Source: Lama glama (Eukaryota). From it: a stretch of DNA of 64,000 nucleotides. The translations under genes were made by a program, and so were the position numbers. The notes under the pieces are model-generated. The model saw only the letters and a list, made by a program, of their open reading frames with translations, was not told the origin of the DNA and did not search any database. Of the stretch, positions 24,470-37,889 are shown piece after piece (positions within the stretch are counted from its first letter, which is position 1; each line of letters begins with the position of its first letter). The DNA is taken from assembly GCA_028534125.1 (NCBI GenBank), contig CM052816.1, positions 99,760,001 to 99,824,000 of the forward strand, in the 5' to 3' direction.

Positions 24470-26222
24470 TTGAAATAAATTGAAGACAACACAAACAGAT
24501 GGAAAGATATATCATGTTCTTGAATTGGAAGAATCAATATTATTAAAATGGCCACACTACCCAAGGCAATCTACAGATTCAGTGCAATCTCTGTCAAATT
24601 ACCAATGACATTTTTCACAGGACTAGAACAGAAAATGCTTAAATCTGTATGGAAACCCAAAATAGTCAAAACAATCTTGAGAAAGGAGAATGGAGCTGGA
24701 GGGTGCAGGCTCCTTGACCTCAAATTATACTACAAAGCTACAGTAATCAAACAGTAAGGTACTGGCACAAAACTACACGTATAAATCAATGGGACAGGAC
24801 AGATAGCCCAGACATAAGCCTATACACTAATGGTCAATTAATCTATGACAAAGAAAGCAAGACTGTGCAATGGAGAAAAGACAGTCTCTTCAATAAATGG
24901 TGCTGGGAAAAGTGGGCAGCTATACGTAAAAGAATGAAATTAGAACACTCTAAAACCATATACAAAAATAAACTCAAAATCAATTAAAGACCCAAATGTA
25001 AGACCAGATACTATAAAAATCCTAGAGGAAAACATAGGCAGAACACTCTTTGACATAAATTGCAGCAATTTTTTTTTGTATCTGTCTCTTAAGAGTAATG
25101 GAGATAAAAACAAAAATAAACAAATGAGACCTAATTAAGCTTAAAAGCTTTGCACAGCAAAGGAAACCATAAACAAAATGAAAAGATAACCTATGGACTG
25201 GGAAAAAAATTGCAAATAATGCTACCCATAAGGGATTAACTTCCAAAATATACAAACAGCTCATACAGCTTAATATTTTTTTAAAAAACTCAATAAAAAA
25301 ATGGGCAGAAATCCTAAATAGACATTTCTCCACATATAGACGGCCAACAGGCATGTGAAAAGAAGCTCAATATTGCTGATTATTAGAGAAATGCAAATCA
25401 AAGCTACAGTGAGGTATCCCCTCACTCTGGTCAGAATGACCGTCATAAAAAAATGTATAAATAATAAATGTTGGAGAGGGTGTGGAGAAAAAGGAGCCCC
25501 CCTACACTGTTGGTGGGAATGTAAATTGTGCAGCCCCAAAGGATAACAGCATGGAGATTCCTTAAAAAACTAAAAATAGGCTTATCATATAATCCAACAA
25601 TCTTACTGCTGGGCGTAAATCTAGAGGAAACTCTGACTAGAAAAGACACACGCACCTCAGTGCTCACAGCAGCACTACTTACAGCAGCCAAGACGTGGAA
25701 GCAACATAAATGTCAATTGACAGATAACTGGATAAAGAAATTGTAATATATTTATACAATGGAATACTACTCAGCCATAAAAAAGAATGAAATAATGCCA
25801 TTTGCAGCAACAAGGATGGACCCAGAGATGATCACATTAAGTGAATTAAGTCATACAGAGAAAGACAAATATCATATGACATCACTGATATGTTGAATCT
25901 AAAGAAATGTTATAAATAAATTTATTCAAAAAACAAAAACAGACTCAGACATAGGAAACAAAGGGGAAAGAGGTGGGGTTGGGGGACGGATAAATTAGGA
26001 GTATGGAATTAACATATACACAGTACAATATAAAATAGATAAACAACAAGGCCCTGCTATACAGCACAGGGAACTGCATTCAGTGTCTTATAATAACCTA
26101 CCATGGAAAGAGTCCAAAAAATTATATATATATATGTATATAAAAACTGAATCAGTGTACTGTGCACCTAATGAACACAATGTGGTAAACTCTATACTTC
26201 AATGAGAAAAAAAAGAAAAAGC
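24470..26222 (+). mobile_element. L1 3' ~1.75 kb (ORF2 C-terminal part, 3'UTR, A-tail)
   Basis: ORF2 peptides [44 protein letters not shown]; multiple disablements. Confidence 0.95.
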
Positions 26223-26232
26223 TCATCTATAT

Positions 26233-27165
26233 ACTTTGTGTCTGTCTTATTTCACTTAACATAATGTCCAAGTTCTTTCCATGTCTCTGCAAACAGCAGG
26301 ATTTCTCTTTTTTAGCTGAATGATATTCCACTGTGTGTATATACCACATTTTTTTATCCATTCATTCATTACCAGACATTTAAATTGCTTTCATATTTTG
26401 GCTATTGTGAAAAATGCTACAATGAACATGGGAGTTCAGATTTCCCTTTGAGATACTGAATTCATTCCCTTCAGGTATGCACCCAGGAGTGGAATTGCTG
26501 GATCCTATGGTAGTTCTATTTTTAATTTTTTGAGGAAACACTATACTGTTTTCCACAGTGGCTGCGTCCTTTCCCACCAACTGTGCACAAGGGTTCCCTT
26601 TCCTCCACATCGTCATCACCACGCCATCTTTGTTTCTGTTTTATAACAGCTACCTTAACTGGTGATTTGTATTTCCTGATGATTAATTACGTTAAGCATA
26701 CTTTCATATAACTTGCAGCCATCTGTATGTCTTCTCTGCAGAAATATCAAATACTATGTGATTCCACTTGTATGAAGAATCTAAAATAGTCAAATTCATA
26801 GAAGCAGAGAGTGGCTGCCAGGGGTGAGGGGCAATGGGGAAGTGTTAATCAGGGTGCAAAGTCAGTTACGCTGGAGGAGTAAGTCCTAGAGATCTAATGT
26901 GCTGCAAAGTGTCTATAATTACAATACTGTGTTGTGCATATTATTAAAATTTGCTAAGATCATGTGTTAAGTGCTCTTACAGATAAACGAATGAGTGGGA
27001 GGAAGCTTTGAAGATGAAGGTAAGGGATGGGTGTCTGTCATAAGTTGTGGTCATGGTTCACATGTGTACACTTATCGCGAAACTCATCAAGTTGTGAACA
27101 TTAAATATGTAGCTTTTTCTATATCACTCACACCTCGCAATAAAGGGGTTTAAAATATTTTTAAT
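26233..27165 (+). mobile_element. Older L1 (L1MA-like) with 5' inversion (26233-26748 antisense; 26749-27165 sense)
   Basis: The antisense block begins at the reverse complement of gttaagtgaaataagacagacacaaag; the sense block begins aaatactatgtgattccactt and ends after aataaa. Confidence 0.85.
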
Positions 27166-29679
27166 AAAACGGGAAAGAAAGAAAGTAGATGTAACTTGGC
27201 ATGTAAACATAATGTCTAACACTTCTATACAAACACCTTCTGTGGAATTGTTCTCATTTGTGTATTTCCTGCATCTTGCAAACATTGTGAAATCCTCTCT
27301 GGTTTAGTGAATTTCATATACACTGATGGAAAAGTGCAATCAAACAAAATTAAAGCTTCAAAATAAGGACATCTATTTCTTAGCATCATTTGATAGCAAT
27401 TAAACAAGATGTCACTCTTCGCCTAATTATTGACAGATAACGCATAAATAGTTAATTTAAAATAAAGACAAACTAAGCAGCATGTGTACTTGTTAAATGG
27501 GAAACATGACGATCTACCTGTACATCTTCACCATTTTGCCACAGACGCGACTCTATCGCTTAATGTGATCATCTCGGTCCAGCCAGGTAACAGGTGGAAT
27601 GCTTAAAGGAAATTCCTAAGGGGATTCATTGGATGTTACTGCAAAAGGAGTTTATGGATCCAAAATGTTCTGGAAGCCCTGAGCTAGGAAGGTTTTAGTT
27701 AAAAATTCAAGTTTTTCTCATCCTCAGTTAATGGGCAAATCTCCATTAGCCTCCTCACAACTCAGTTTAGGCAACGGGAATGTTGCTGGAGAAGACAACC
27801 GGTGGGTCCCTAACGGGGAGCAAGCTCCAGGCCGGGACGCTGCTGGAAGGTCGCCTACGCAGGGCCGGGTGACCTCCCTCATCCCCTTGTGCCTTGATCC
27901 TCCGCGGTGCCGGCTGTCAGCTTCAGGAGTGAGAGGCACAGAGCAGACCCGTCCCCCAAGTGAAGGCAGAGCCTCTAAGAGCTACAATGTCTTGGAAAGC
28001 ACTCCTCTCCCACCATGAACCAGCTGCTGGCTTTTTGCCACTGCCTGACATTTTCCAGTTTTATTTCTGAGAATAGAATCCAAGTACAACTCAATTCCTC
28101 TGATTAAATCACAGTAGCTAAATACATCAGGCAGCGGGTAAATCAGAGACGCATCATCACCGCTGTCTTACGCTGCCCAGGCATCACCCGGCCCTGGATG
28201 TGGTCACAGGTGCCAGTGTGGTGGCAGGTCTGGTCACGGACTCTGAGTGGGACCCCGGGTAACCAGTTGGGAGGGGGCAGGAGGCCTGGCAGACGACGAA
28301 GCGGGAAAAAATAGGTGACGCTCTCAACACTGCCAAGGGTCACGCAGCCTAGAAAGGGCCCCATAATTGGTGCCTCCAGACCCATAATGGTGTGTACGTC
28401 GTAAGTCAGACTGAAGTGAAACGTCAGCCTTCGCGGAGTCTTCAGGGACGAAAGCGTTAGAGCTTCTCTTCAGATCACAAGTTTGTGGTTTAAAGACGTG
28501 ATCACTTCGTACTCCCCATCATTGCTTGAGATTTTAGTTGGTTGTTTTAGCTCAATGCGAGTTCCCCAGTCGGGCTGCTTTGGGGAGTCTCTTCTCTCCA
28601 GTTTGGTACAAGCCAAGGGCTCACGACTCGTGCGGGTGTGATCGCCCTGAGGTGCTTTCCCGAAACAAGTGTGGGTTGCAATTTTTTTTTAATGACAATT
28701 TCACTCATCTTGTCTCCTGTTGTCTTTCATCCCTAGAAATCCATCGTATCTTGGACAATGGGGCTTACTTTGGTTAATCTCCCCAGTCCGTCAGCGTGTT
28801 GGCTTTTACGATTACAGCCACGTGAACTCACAGTACTTCCTGGCATGCTGCGGTAGCCCCCCGTGGCTGCGTGCTACAGCCGGCTCCCAGACTGCTTTAC
28901 ATGTAAACCCCATGGCTGGAAAGGTTCAACGTTCATTCATAACTGAGCAAGTAAAATGTTTACAGACGTTTCTCCAAATGGCCCCATACCACTCATACAC
29001 AGATCACTCTTACACGTGCGAGCCTGTTAATCTACTTTAAAACAAAGGTCATTGCGACCTTGACATGTGGTGCAGGACTTGGGCTCGTCTTAACGCTGAA
29101 GTCCAAAGCCAAGATTCCCGTGGTGCCGGGGGAGGGGGTCTCCGTGCGAACCCTGCCACGTCCTCTCCCAGACCGTGGGGCAGTGATGGAGGGCAGTCAT
29201 CAGTCAGCCTCAGGTCCAAGCCCAGCCTTCACCGCCTGCTCAGTGGCCATGGACGAGGGGCCTGTAAATGTATCTCGTTTTCCACTCGGCGCAACGGGCA
29301 GCTTCACTCGTAGCAGGTGCAGGGAGGACACGGCAGAAGGAAGCAGCTCCTCTCCCCTGCTGGGCCGCCTCTCTCTGCGCGCCCCTGCGGCAGGCACAGT
29401 GCCTGCAACTCTGAGCTCTTGCTGTGAGCGCGGCCAGCTGCCCAGGGGACATCCTGCGGGCAGCCAGGGGGTCTGAAGCTCGGCCCCTCCCTTCCGACGG
29501 CTCCCTTGACATCCAGAGGGTGAAGGCCGACTAAGCCCCCTAAACATTCCCCTCCAACTCCTTGCGCCACAGCCACAGCCCCTCCCCCCAGGCCTGGACC
29601 CGGCCCCCCGCCCGTTCACGGCGCTCCACCTTCAGCCCTCGGGCCAGGGCCGCTCCTGTATCCTCCGCCCGCATATTCT

Positions 29680-29995
29680 TTCTTTTTTAACATTTTCTGT
29701 ATTGAGTTATAGTCATTTTACAATGTTGTGTCAGATTCCAGTGTAGGACACAATTTCTCAGTTATACATGAGCATACTTACATTCATCGTCACATTTTTT
29801 TTCTCTGTGAGCTACCACAAGATCTTGTGCATATTTCCCTGTGCTGCACAGTGTAATCTTGTTTTTCTATTCTGCATTTTGAAATCCCAGTCTGTCCCTT
29901 CCCACCCCCGCCCCCTTGGCAACCACAAGTTTGTATTCTGCATCTATGAGTCGGTTTCTATTTTGTATTTATGGTTTTTTTTAGGTTCCACATAC
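29680..29995 (-). mobile_element. L1 3'UTR fragment
   Basis: Antisense to 23615-23900 (tgtgagctaccacaagatcttg, ggcaaccacaagtttgtattctg). Confidence 0.9.
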
Positions 29996-31649
29996 GTTGA
30001 AGGCTCTCTTCTCCCCTTCACAGCCAGTCCCTCAGGTGCCCGTGCGCCAGCATAACTGACAGTTTCTGATACTTGGTGCTTTCTGCCTCCTTCCTGCACC
30101 CCGACAGCTGGAGGCCCCCCAAGCCCATGTTGGTGTCTGGCCCAGTATCGATCCTCCATCCTCCCCCCGCTGAGTTAAGTCTCAGCGCCACAAAGCGCGT
30201 CGTTTGAGTGCTGGACGTCAGGTGCACGCGTACGCCGGTGGGCTGCTGAAGCCTTCGCACGTAAACGCAAGGGGCTGGTTTCTCAAATGGGGGCTGTAGG
30301 TAGGAATAGTAGCTCTTTTGTCCCCACTTAGAGAAAAGAGAAGGAATCTTAACTACTGAATAAAGAGCCAGGGGAAAGATAGCCATTCAGTATTTTCTCA
30401 GAGGGGCTGTGAGATTTAAAGGACAGCCGCCGGGAGGCGCCTTGACTGCTACGCATCCCAGGCACATTGAGTCAGTGCACATTCTCTAAGGTCCAGACTG
30501 AGCAAAAACAGCGGCACACCTCTCTACGAGGACGCCAGGAAGAAAGAAAGAAACAAACAAACAAAGAAACAAAGAATGCAGCGGAGAAAACAACGATGTT
30601 GTTCAACTTGTAAGATTACCTTTGGGACAAAACTTTATAACTCCATTCAAAACTCAGCGCCGTCAGTGGCGGGAGAGGGGCCACACTAAGCAGGTACCAA
30701 GGGGAACGCATGGTGTCTTCCAAGCGCTCACTTAATGTTGCTTTGGAAAAGGAAAAGCAACCACAAAGGCCTTTAAGAACATCCACATCCGTACAGAACT
30801 GAGCAGCTTACAAAGAAAAGAGAAGCCCTGGTGGGATTAAAGAGAGGTCTTTCCATGCGAACAAAATCAGCTGAAGTGGGAAATCTCAGTCTCAGAGTCA
30901 GGAACTTCATCTTAACAGGACATTTCGTGGCCAAAGGAACCTGGCCAAATCACATGCCCTGCCGCCCAGCGTGCTGTGAACCCGCTCCAGACCCAGCCTC
31001 CTTGCAGGGAGCGGCCCTGCAGCCCGCCACATCATTCCCCGGTTCGCTCAGCTTCCCTGGGGCTCTGTGTGCCCCGCCGGGGACACTGTCTCCTTAACTG
31101 GAAAGGCCAGCTTCCCCCGTCTCACTTCTTTTCTGGGTTTGAAGTGTTTGGTCCTGGGACCCAGGCAGGGGGGAGACAGAAGACGAGAACCAGCTTTCAC
31201 TGAGCTTGGACGGAAACCAAGTGGCCTCCCCCCTCACCGAGGACTGGGCTACGGCATGAACCTCACAAAAGCCTTCGAACAGCTGACCCACTTTACGAGT
31301 CCTGCGCGGGGCGCCGCTTAAGTTCAGAACTCGGCCTTGGAATTTTACACTTACGCGACGTGACGCCGCAGGCGTCCCTCAACTCTGACATTAAAGGCTG
31401 TTAAGTTCATTTCACATTTGGGTCAACAAGGTCATTGCTTTGTTCCGGGAGTTATAAGAAGAAAAAGAACGCACCCCTTCCCACCCAGCAAGGTGAGCTG
31501 AAGTTTCCCTCTCTTCTGCCTCCCAAGACAAGAGCCACGCAGCCACACACACTGGCTGCACGTCCCCTGTCCCCTGTCCCCTGTTCTGTTTGGAATTCCC
31601 TGAGCAGATGGTCCTGGTTCACCAGGGCTGTGATGTGCTCAGGCCCAGA

Positions 31650-33620
31650 CGCTCCCAGAGCCCAGGTCGGGCTCCCACAGGGTGATCTATGCACATCCAG
31701 GGCTTCCCTCGGAGTCACTGGGGGCTCCAGCCACCGGCCATTTATTATTCTGAAGCCTCTTTTGGATGCATTGTGCTGTGAGCGAGCGGGGAAGAGCCCC
31801 GCATCTCTCTGAGCGAGCCGGGGACGGGTCCCCACTGTCAGAGGCCACGGGGGCCAGGAGACCTGGCGCTGCCCCACGCTCCGCTTCGGAAAGTGCCCCC
31901 GACCTGGAGCCGGACACAGTGCGAGGGCGGCGAGCCACGTCCCAGCCGCAGCGTCTGCCCGAGTTCCTACAGAACTGAGGGTCTTACAGCCCATGTGACG
32001 GAGCGGCCGAGGAAGTGGACTCCAGGGGAGACCCATTTAGGGGAATTTCAGTGGCAACCAAGGCGGCTCGCTCCAGCCTGTGTAGTTTTCTGTGTCTGCC
32101 GTCACCCAGGCTCCCGGGCTACTGAAATTGTTTCCATACACACGGCGAGGGCCAAGGAGCTGATGTTCAAGCAACTCTGTGTGAGGACAAAGTAAAACGT
32201 CTGAGACGAGGACTTACGCAGCAGAGCGGGGAGGCCCGCTAATCCATCTCGTGGGCAGACATGCAGGCAAGTGCGGACCTGTGAGCGCGGAACCCGGGAA
32301 AGGCACGGAGTCAGAGGAGGCGTGGTTCTGAGACAGGTGCAAGCAAGACAAGGTACACGGGACCAAATTCAGTTACCCTGATTTTCATCAATTAATATAA
32401 TTAACATTCTTTCCTACGTGCAGTTACAGAAGTTTTTACCAACCCCAAATTCATAGAAGGGTGTATGCCTTGAGCCAAAATTAAAGCAATTACTTCTGCA
32501 ACAGCGTCACTATGTGCAGCTGGTCTACCTGTTTGGGGCTGCCAGACAATTATTTCTTTCTCTCTGTTAAAGCTTGTATTCAATAGATACGTGCTTTTAA
32601 GTTTACAAGTCTCTCTTCCTTAAGAAGCGAGTGTTCAGAAAGAAGATTCAGGTGTTATTTCTCTTTATATCATCAGAGGTATCACGTGCTTAGGTGTCTG
32701 TCAAATACATTCACGCATTTTTAAAATGCAGTCTTTCTAGTTTTTTGGTTTTCATTATTGTCGCATTATTTCTGCCTTGTGAAAATTTTTTTAAAAAAGA
32801 CTAATTTTGAGTTTCCTGCAATATTTCTTTGCATATTTTTCAGAATTTAAATGTTATTTTAGTATGAAAAAAATTGTAGAAGCATCTCTCACACTGAGTT
32901 CATGTTTGATACTGTCAAAGTAATTGCTGTTAACGTTTCATGATGTATGTGTTCCTGTTAATCAATTTAAAAGTTGGTAATTTTACAATTACTTTGGTTT
33001 GAAAAGATAAGAAATAAAATCAATGGAAAGTAAAAAAAATTATGAGTTGATATATAAGGAAGACATTTCATTGATTTTCTTCTAGTAAAATATGAAAAGT
33101 CACAATTTACATCTAATAAATTCTATGTGGAGTTAGTTCAGAAAGGCATTCACTGCTCTGGAGACCTTTGAGATTTTAAACATTATTTAAAATAACAAGT
33201 GCGAATTGAGGGGGCATCCAAAGTGGAGAAGGAGCGGTGAGGTCGAGGCACCGACCTGGGAGGAGGCACGCGGCACATCCTCCCCAGCGCTCCCCACAGC
33301 GCCTGTGATTAAACTGCCAGAGGGCTCTGCCCCCAGTTCCTATGAATGCTGTCTTGACCCTCACGGTGTCCACCTGGAAAAACGAGGGGTGAGCAAGAGA
33401 CTGCCGGAAGCACCTCGCAGTCCTGAGATGCATCCTGTTTCGGGGACCGCAGGATCCCCTGAGCACACCTGTGCGGGGTCCATCCCCGCCCAGCTCACCG
33501 CCTCCTTCCTTCCTGACGATTATGTAGCCCTGACGGTTTATGTAGACACATCTTCTCAAACTCCAGTAAATCATGGCACAGACACCCCAAGTGTAGCTAC
33601 ACAGAATTTTGCATTTAAAC
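31650..33620 (-). pseudogene. Decayed Toll-like receptor-like pseudogene C, large 3' exon (LRRs, LRRCT, TIR)
   Basis: Acceptor tttatttgttttgaaaatcag|33620. LRR fragments: KINEMSSLYINS, LKNMQRNIAGNSKLVFFKKIF (~32843-32781), KKLERLHFKN (~32746-32717), RHLST*YL**/REITPESSF, RLVNLK/LNTSFNR (~32612-32563). LRRCT start GKNFCNCT (32440-32417). TIR-like single frame with one stop: VYGNNFSSPGAWV..EPPWLPLKF..GCKTLSSVG..GTWLAAL..FRIINGRWLEPP (~32140-31720). The TM segment is not clearly recognisable. Confidence 0.7.
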
Positions 33621-35067
33621 CTGATTTTCAAAACAAATAAAGCAGAAATTGCCAGCACCCCAGCCCTGCCAGGGCTGGTTTCAGGTACGGGTGAGAGAGA
33701 ACCCCAGCTGGCGTCGGTCTGTTCCTGGACGCTCATTACACAATCCAGCCGCATCATTGGCAGCTTCTACGTTTGCAAATTAGCATTAGCTTACTCACTA
33801 GAAGCGACTTTTAAGCCCCAAACCAATCCCGCAGGGCCTCTGGTCATTTGCAGACCTGAGCCTGTGCAGAGCGGGGAAGCCTTTGAGCTGCTGGAAGGAC
33901 GCATCCCCAGGTCGGGCAAGGTGACGCTCTCAGACTGTGAGTGAGGGTCTTCTCCGCTTACAGGGTCTGCCTCGTCTCGTTCTGTATGAATGAACCAGCG
34001 ATACCTATTACACACGGTGCCTTCAAACAGAAACAGACACACAACAAGGCCACGTATTGACGGACTGATGAAGATGAGGTGACCAGGGGCTCTTGGGAGC
34101 CTCAGCCTGGGTGTCCCCAAGCAGGCGCTCAGCACTTGCTAATCAGCGACTTACAACCATGTAGGCGTGACCACTGTCTGTGCCGAGAACTAAACTCTCA
34201 GGGTTCCCTTCCTTTCCTTAGAGTCATCTGCTGTCCGCAGTTTTCTTCTTCCCTCTGGCTCATCCTGGTGGCCCGGCAGGGCCTCCAGGCTTAAAACAGC
34301 GTCTGACACACACAGGAGACGCTCAGTTAACCGCGGGCTCGCAGCACCTTTGCCAATTAGACCCAAAACTTCCTCCCACAGATTCGCCCATTCTTAGGTC
34401 GCACAAAAGGGTGACAGGTGAGCCTTTGCATTTATTTCTCCCTTTGGTTTCCCCCAGGCCCAGGACTGTTTCCAGGACCTGCAAAGTCTCTCTGCTGGCC
34501 CCGTCCTGGGGCTGGGCTGAGCCGGTGCGCACACCATCTGATGACCAGCGATTTTTGAAAGGCACGGTGGCTCCCCCAGGTTACAGGTGTCGGAGACGCG
34601 AAATCTTCAGAAACGCTTGGATGGATTTCTGACTGAGTGCAAACTTGACTCTTTCTCATATTAGGGTCTTTGAATCATCTTTAATATACAGACAAGCAGC
34701 CGTTCAGAAACGGAAGAACCAGGAGGGAGAACAGAAGCTGCCTCCCTCTGAGTAAGAACCCACCCCCGAAGCAATCTGAATGGGAGGGGCTGCTGCAGGG
34801 GTCGCTTCCGTGGCTCTGAAATCGTTTTAAGAAGTACGCTTGCCCTTCGTGCTCGCCCTGCGTCCTCAGCGGATGCGCGTTGGCAGTGCCCTGTCACCTC
34901 CACCTTCTCCCCTAGAGGGTGTCAGAGGTGCCACCTGAGACCGCTGACCGTCGCCTGGGCTGGCCCGCCACCCCGGGAGAGTGACTTTGCTGGGAAGTTG
35001 CAAACAGGGAGATGCAGAAAGAGCAACAAAACGCACGCGGGACGGGGGCCTGGTCCGTCCTGGTTGG

Positions 35068-35109
35068 GCGTGCACACACACACACACACACACACACGCG
35101 CGCGCGCGC
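35068..35109. repeat. (CA)n(CG)n alternating purine-pyrimidine tract
   Basis: gcgtgcacacac...cacgcgcgcgcgcgc. Confidence 0.95.
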
Positions 35110-35221
35110 CAGCCTCCATCCAGCCCTCCTACAGCTAGTCCTGTCGTGAGGGGGGACTAACAGCGCACTGTGTCCGCGGGCCCGCTGGTCCTCGGCAAGG
35201 CCTTCCTAGTCTGACGTGCCC

Positions 35222-35578
35222 CTGGCTTAGTCTGGCGAGGACGCTGCCACCAAAACACCCAGGCTGCGTGGCCTGTAAGTGGCCGCCACGCGTTTCTCAC
35301 CGTCCTGGAGGCTGGACGTCCCGGGCGAAGGTGCTGGCAGAGCCCACGTCTGGCCGGGCCCCTTCCTGGTTCCTGGCTCGTGGACAGCATCTTCTCGCTG
35401 ATCTTCACAGGGCGAGGGAGCCCTCGGGGGCTCTGTTACGAGGCCCCCAACTCCCGTCACGAGGCTCCCCCCTCATGACCCTATCACCCCCAGGCCCTGC
35501 CTCCAAATGCCACTGCGCTGGGGGGCAGGGCTTCCGCATCTGGGTTTTGGAGGGACACAGACATTCAGGCTCTAGCAG
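35222..35578 (-). mobile_element. MaLR LTR (MLT1A-like), GC-enriched
   Basis: cttagtctggcgagg...tttctcaccgtcctggaggctgg...cctccaaatgcc...ggagggacacagacattcaggctctagca. Confidence 0.85.
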
Positions 35579-36799
35579 CAGCTCTGGGGGGCCCACCTTG
35601 AAGGAGTTTTAAAGGGAGAAATGTCTCCCCAGTCTGATGGGCAGTGTCCTCAGGGATTGCCTCGGCCCCCAACAGAGACAATTCTGAACGTCCGTCTCAG
35701 CTCCAGAGTCCTCACAGGGTCGTCCCAGACCGTCCGTGGGCTGCACAGCAACTCAGTGTCTTGCCTCCGCCCTTCCTTCCCCGCCATCCACAGCCGCACC
35801 ACGAGAGCAGCCCAGTTGCCTCCCTATACTTGACTCCTAACTAGGTGCCCAGCTCTACGTTCATTTCCACGGGTCTGTCCCAGCCTGAACCCAGTCCAGA
35901 CACTGGGACACATCACTGCTCTTTCTAAACTATGAACCTGATTTCCTTGTTTCTCTTTAGTCAAACCAACCAGTTTGCAGAAACACAGATCTTCCCTTGG
36001 AGTTGAGGTTAGTCGGCTGTCATAAGGCCTCAGTTCCATGGCAGGAGCATCACAGTGATGTCTGGGGAGGTGACCCAGCTTCTTCAACACCCTGCCCACT
36101 CTCTACCTCATCAGCAGGAGCCAGAAGTCACTGACACAGTTTAAAACGTGAAGACAGAGGCGAGGTTTTACTTGGTCTCCCTGCTATCAGGACACAGAAA
36201 CAAGCCACACAGAGAACGGCAGTGACACCTCCCAGAGGGGCAGACACACGGAGGGAGCAGATGGGAGGGTGAGCAGGAGAGGGCCCGCGCCCCTGGGCGG
36301 GGGCGTGAGGGAGTCGCCGTTCCCCAGCAGCGAAGGAAGTGGATGACCAGACAGCAAACATCAGCAAAGGATGGAGGGGCGGCTCGGGCCGGTCATTTAA
36401 GTTACACTGTTGTCCGGCCTAAATATGTCTGCAAACTCCTGCGTAAAGAGAGTGATTCCGGAACAAACGTAAGCACGTGAAAGTCATGTTCACAATGACC
36501 GTCTTAAGTCACAACAGAAAAATATAAAAATCAGATTAAAATATATAATCATTTTAAAATTAAAAATTCCTCTGTGACAAGGTATCTTAAAGTTAAAGTC
36601 AAGTACAAGACTGGGGGCGATGAGAGATGCTTCAACTATAACAGAAGACTAGGCCCTACAATGCACACCTGCTTTTGTTCTGTGTGTCCCAGGCGTCTAT
36701 GTCTTGTGGACACAGATGATTTTATTACTTTTGTCTTTTAACCTCCCTACTAGCTGTGCGTGTGGACGCATTTCCTGCCTTCACGGTATGTTTGTCTTT

Positions 36800-37205
36800 T
36801 TTCCCAAAGAGGAAATGCAGGTGGCCAACCGGCCCCTGAAAAGATGCTCAGCGCCGCGAATCACCGGGGAAACGCAAACCAGCAGCACAATGAGACGCCA
36901 CTTCACACCTGTCCGGACGGCTGTCGTCAGAAGGCACTCAGATAGCGGACGCTGGAGAGGGTGTGGGGAAAGGGAGCCTTCCACACTGTGGGGGGGGATG
37001 TAAACGGGAGCAGCCACTGTGGAGAACGGGATTTTTCAAAAAGCCTAAAAATAAAGCTGCCGTATGCCCTAGCAGTTCCATTCCTGGGCTTGTATCCGAG
37101 AAAAACAAAAGCACTAGTTTGAAAAGATACACGCACCTCAACATAGAGCCAATATTTTGTAATAACTGTAAATGGAGGGTAACCTTTAAAAATTGTATTA
37201 AAAAG
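36800..37205 (+). mobile_element. L1 ORF2 C-terminal fragment plus short tail, GC-enriched
   Basis: KEEMQVANRPLKRCS..HFTPVRTAVV..GRWRGCGERE, homologous to 6310-6620. Confidence 0.9.
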
Positions 37206-37889
37206 GGGGGGGAAAAGGAAAAGAAAACGCATACCTCCCGCAGCCAGGAAGGAGCCGCACACCACAGGGAAACGAAGTACACGTCACGAAGAACCTGCAG
37301 AAAAGTAAGACACAGGCACAGGTACACACGTGAGGAGAGACCCAGGCTCACCGGCAAGCAACGAAACCTGAATTAAAGTGGTGACGAGTTTGTTTTCCCT
37401 CCTTATTTGGGGAAAGGAGGTCGGGGTGACAAGATGGGGCTGTAAGAAGACGTGCTATTGTCCCTGCTGCCGGGAGGACACCAGACACCCGGGGGCAGCG
37501 GTCTTGGCCGCCATCCCCCAATAGAACCTCCATGCCGTTGCCAGGAGATGGCGCTGCGTGCTGCCACCGACGTGGGAGCGGCCGGGGGTCTCCTCCCCGC
37601 AGCGGAAGGAAGGCTTCACTGAGCAGCAGGCTCACTGGATCTGCCGCCAGAGCCTCTGCCTCCGTGGTGAGGGTCCAAGAGCAGATGTGCCCAGGCAGCC
37701 GGGACCCCTGCATCCCAGACCCAGAAATGAAGACTCTGCCCCGCGAGCCCAGCCTGCACCCCCGCGAGTGCAGGCGCAAGTGTGTGCCCTGCCCTGGGAT
37801 CTGTAGGTGCCCGCTCCCTGAGGACGCTGCAGCCCCAACCGCCTAATCTGGACACGACGGAAATATTCCAGTAGTTTCTATTAAAATTA

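Noticed and set aside
33206..33640. 144-aa plus-strand ORF resembling a receptor cytoplasmic tail
   Set aside because: No convincing acceptor or recognisable homology. It is antisense to a GC-rich part of fossil C, where stops are scarce.
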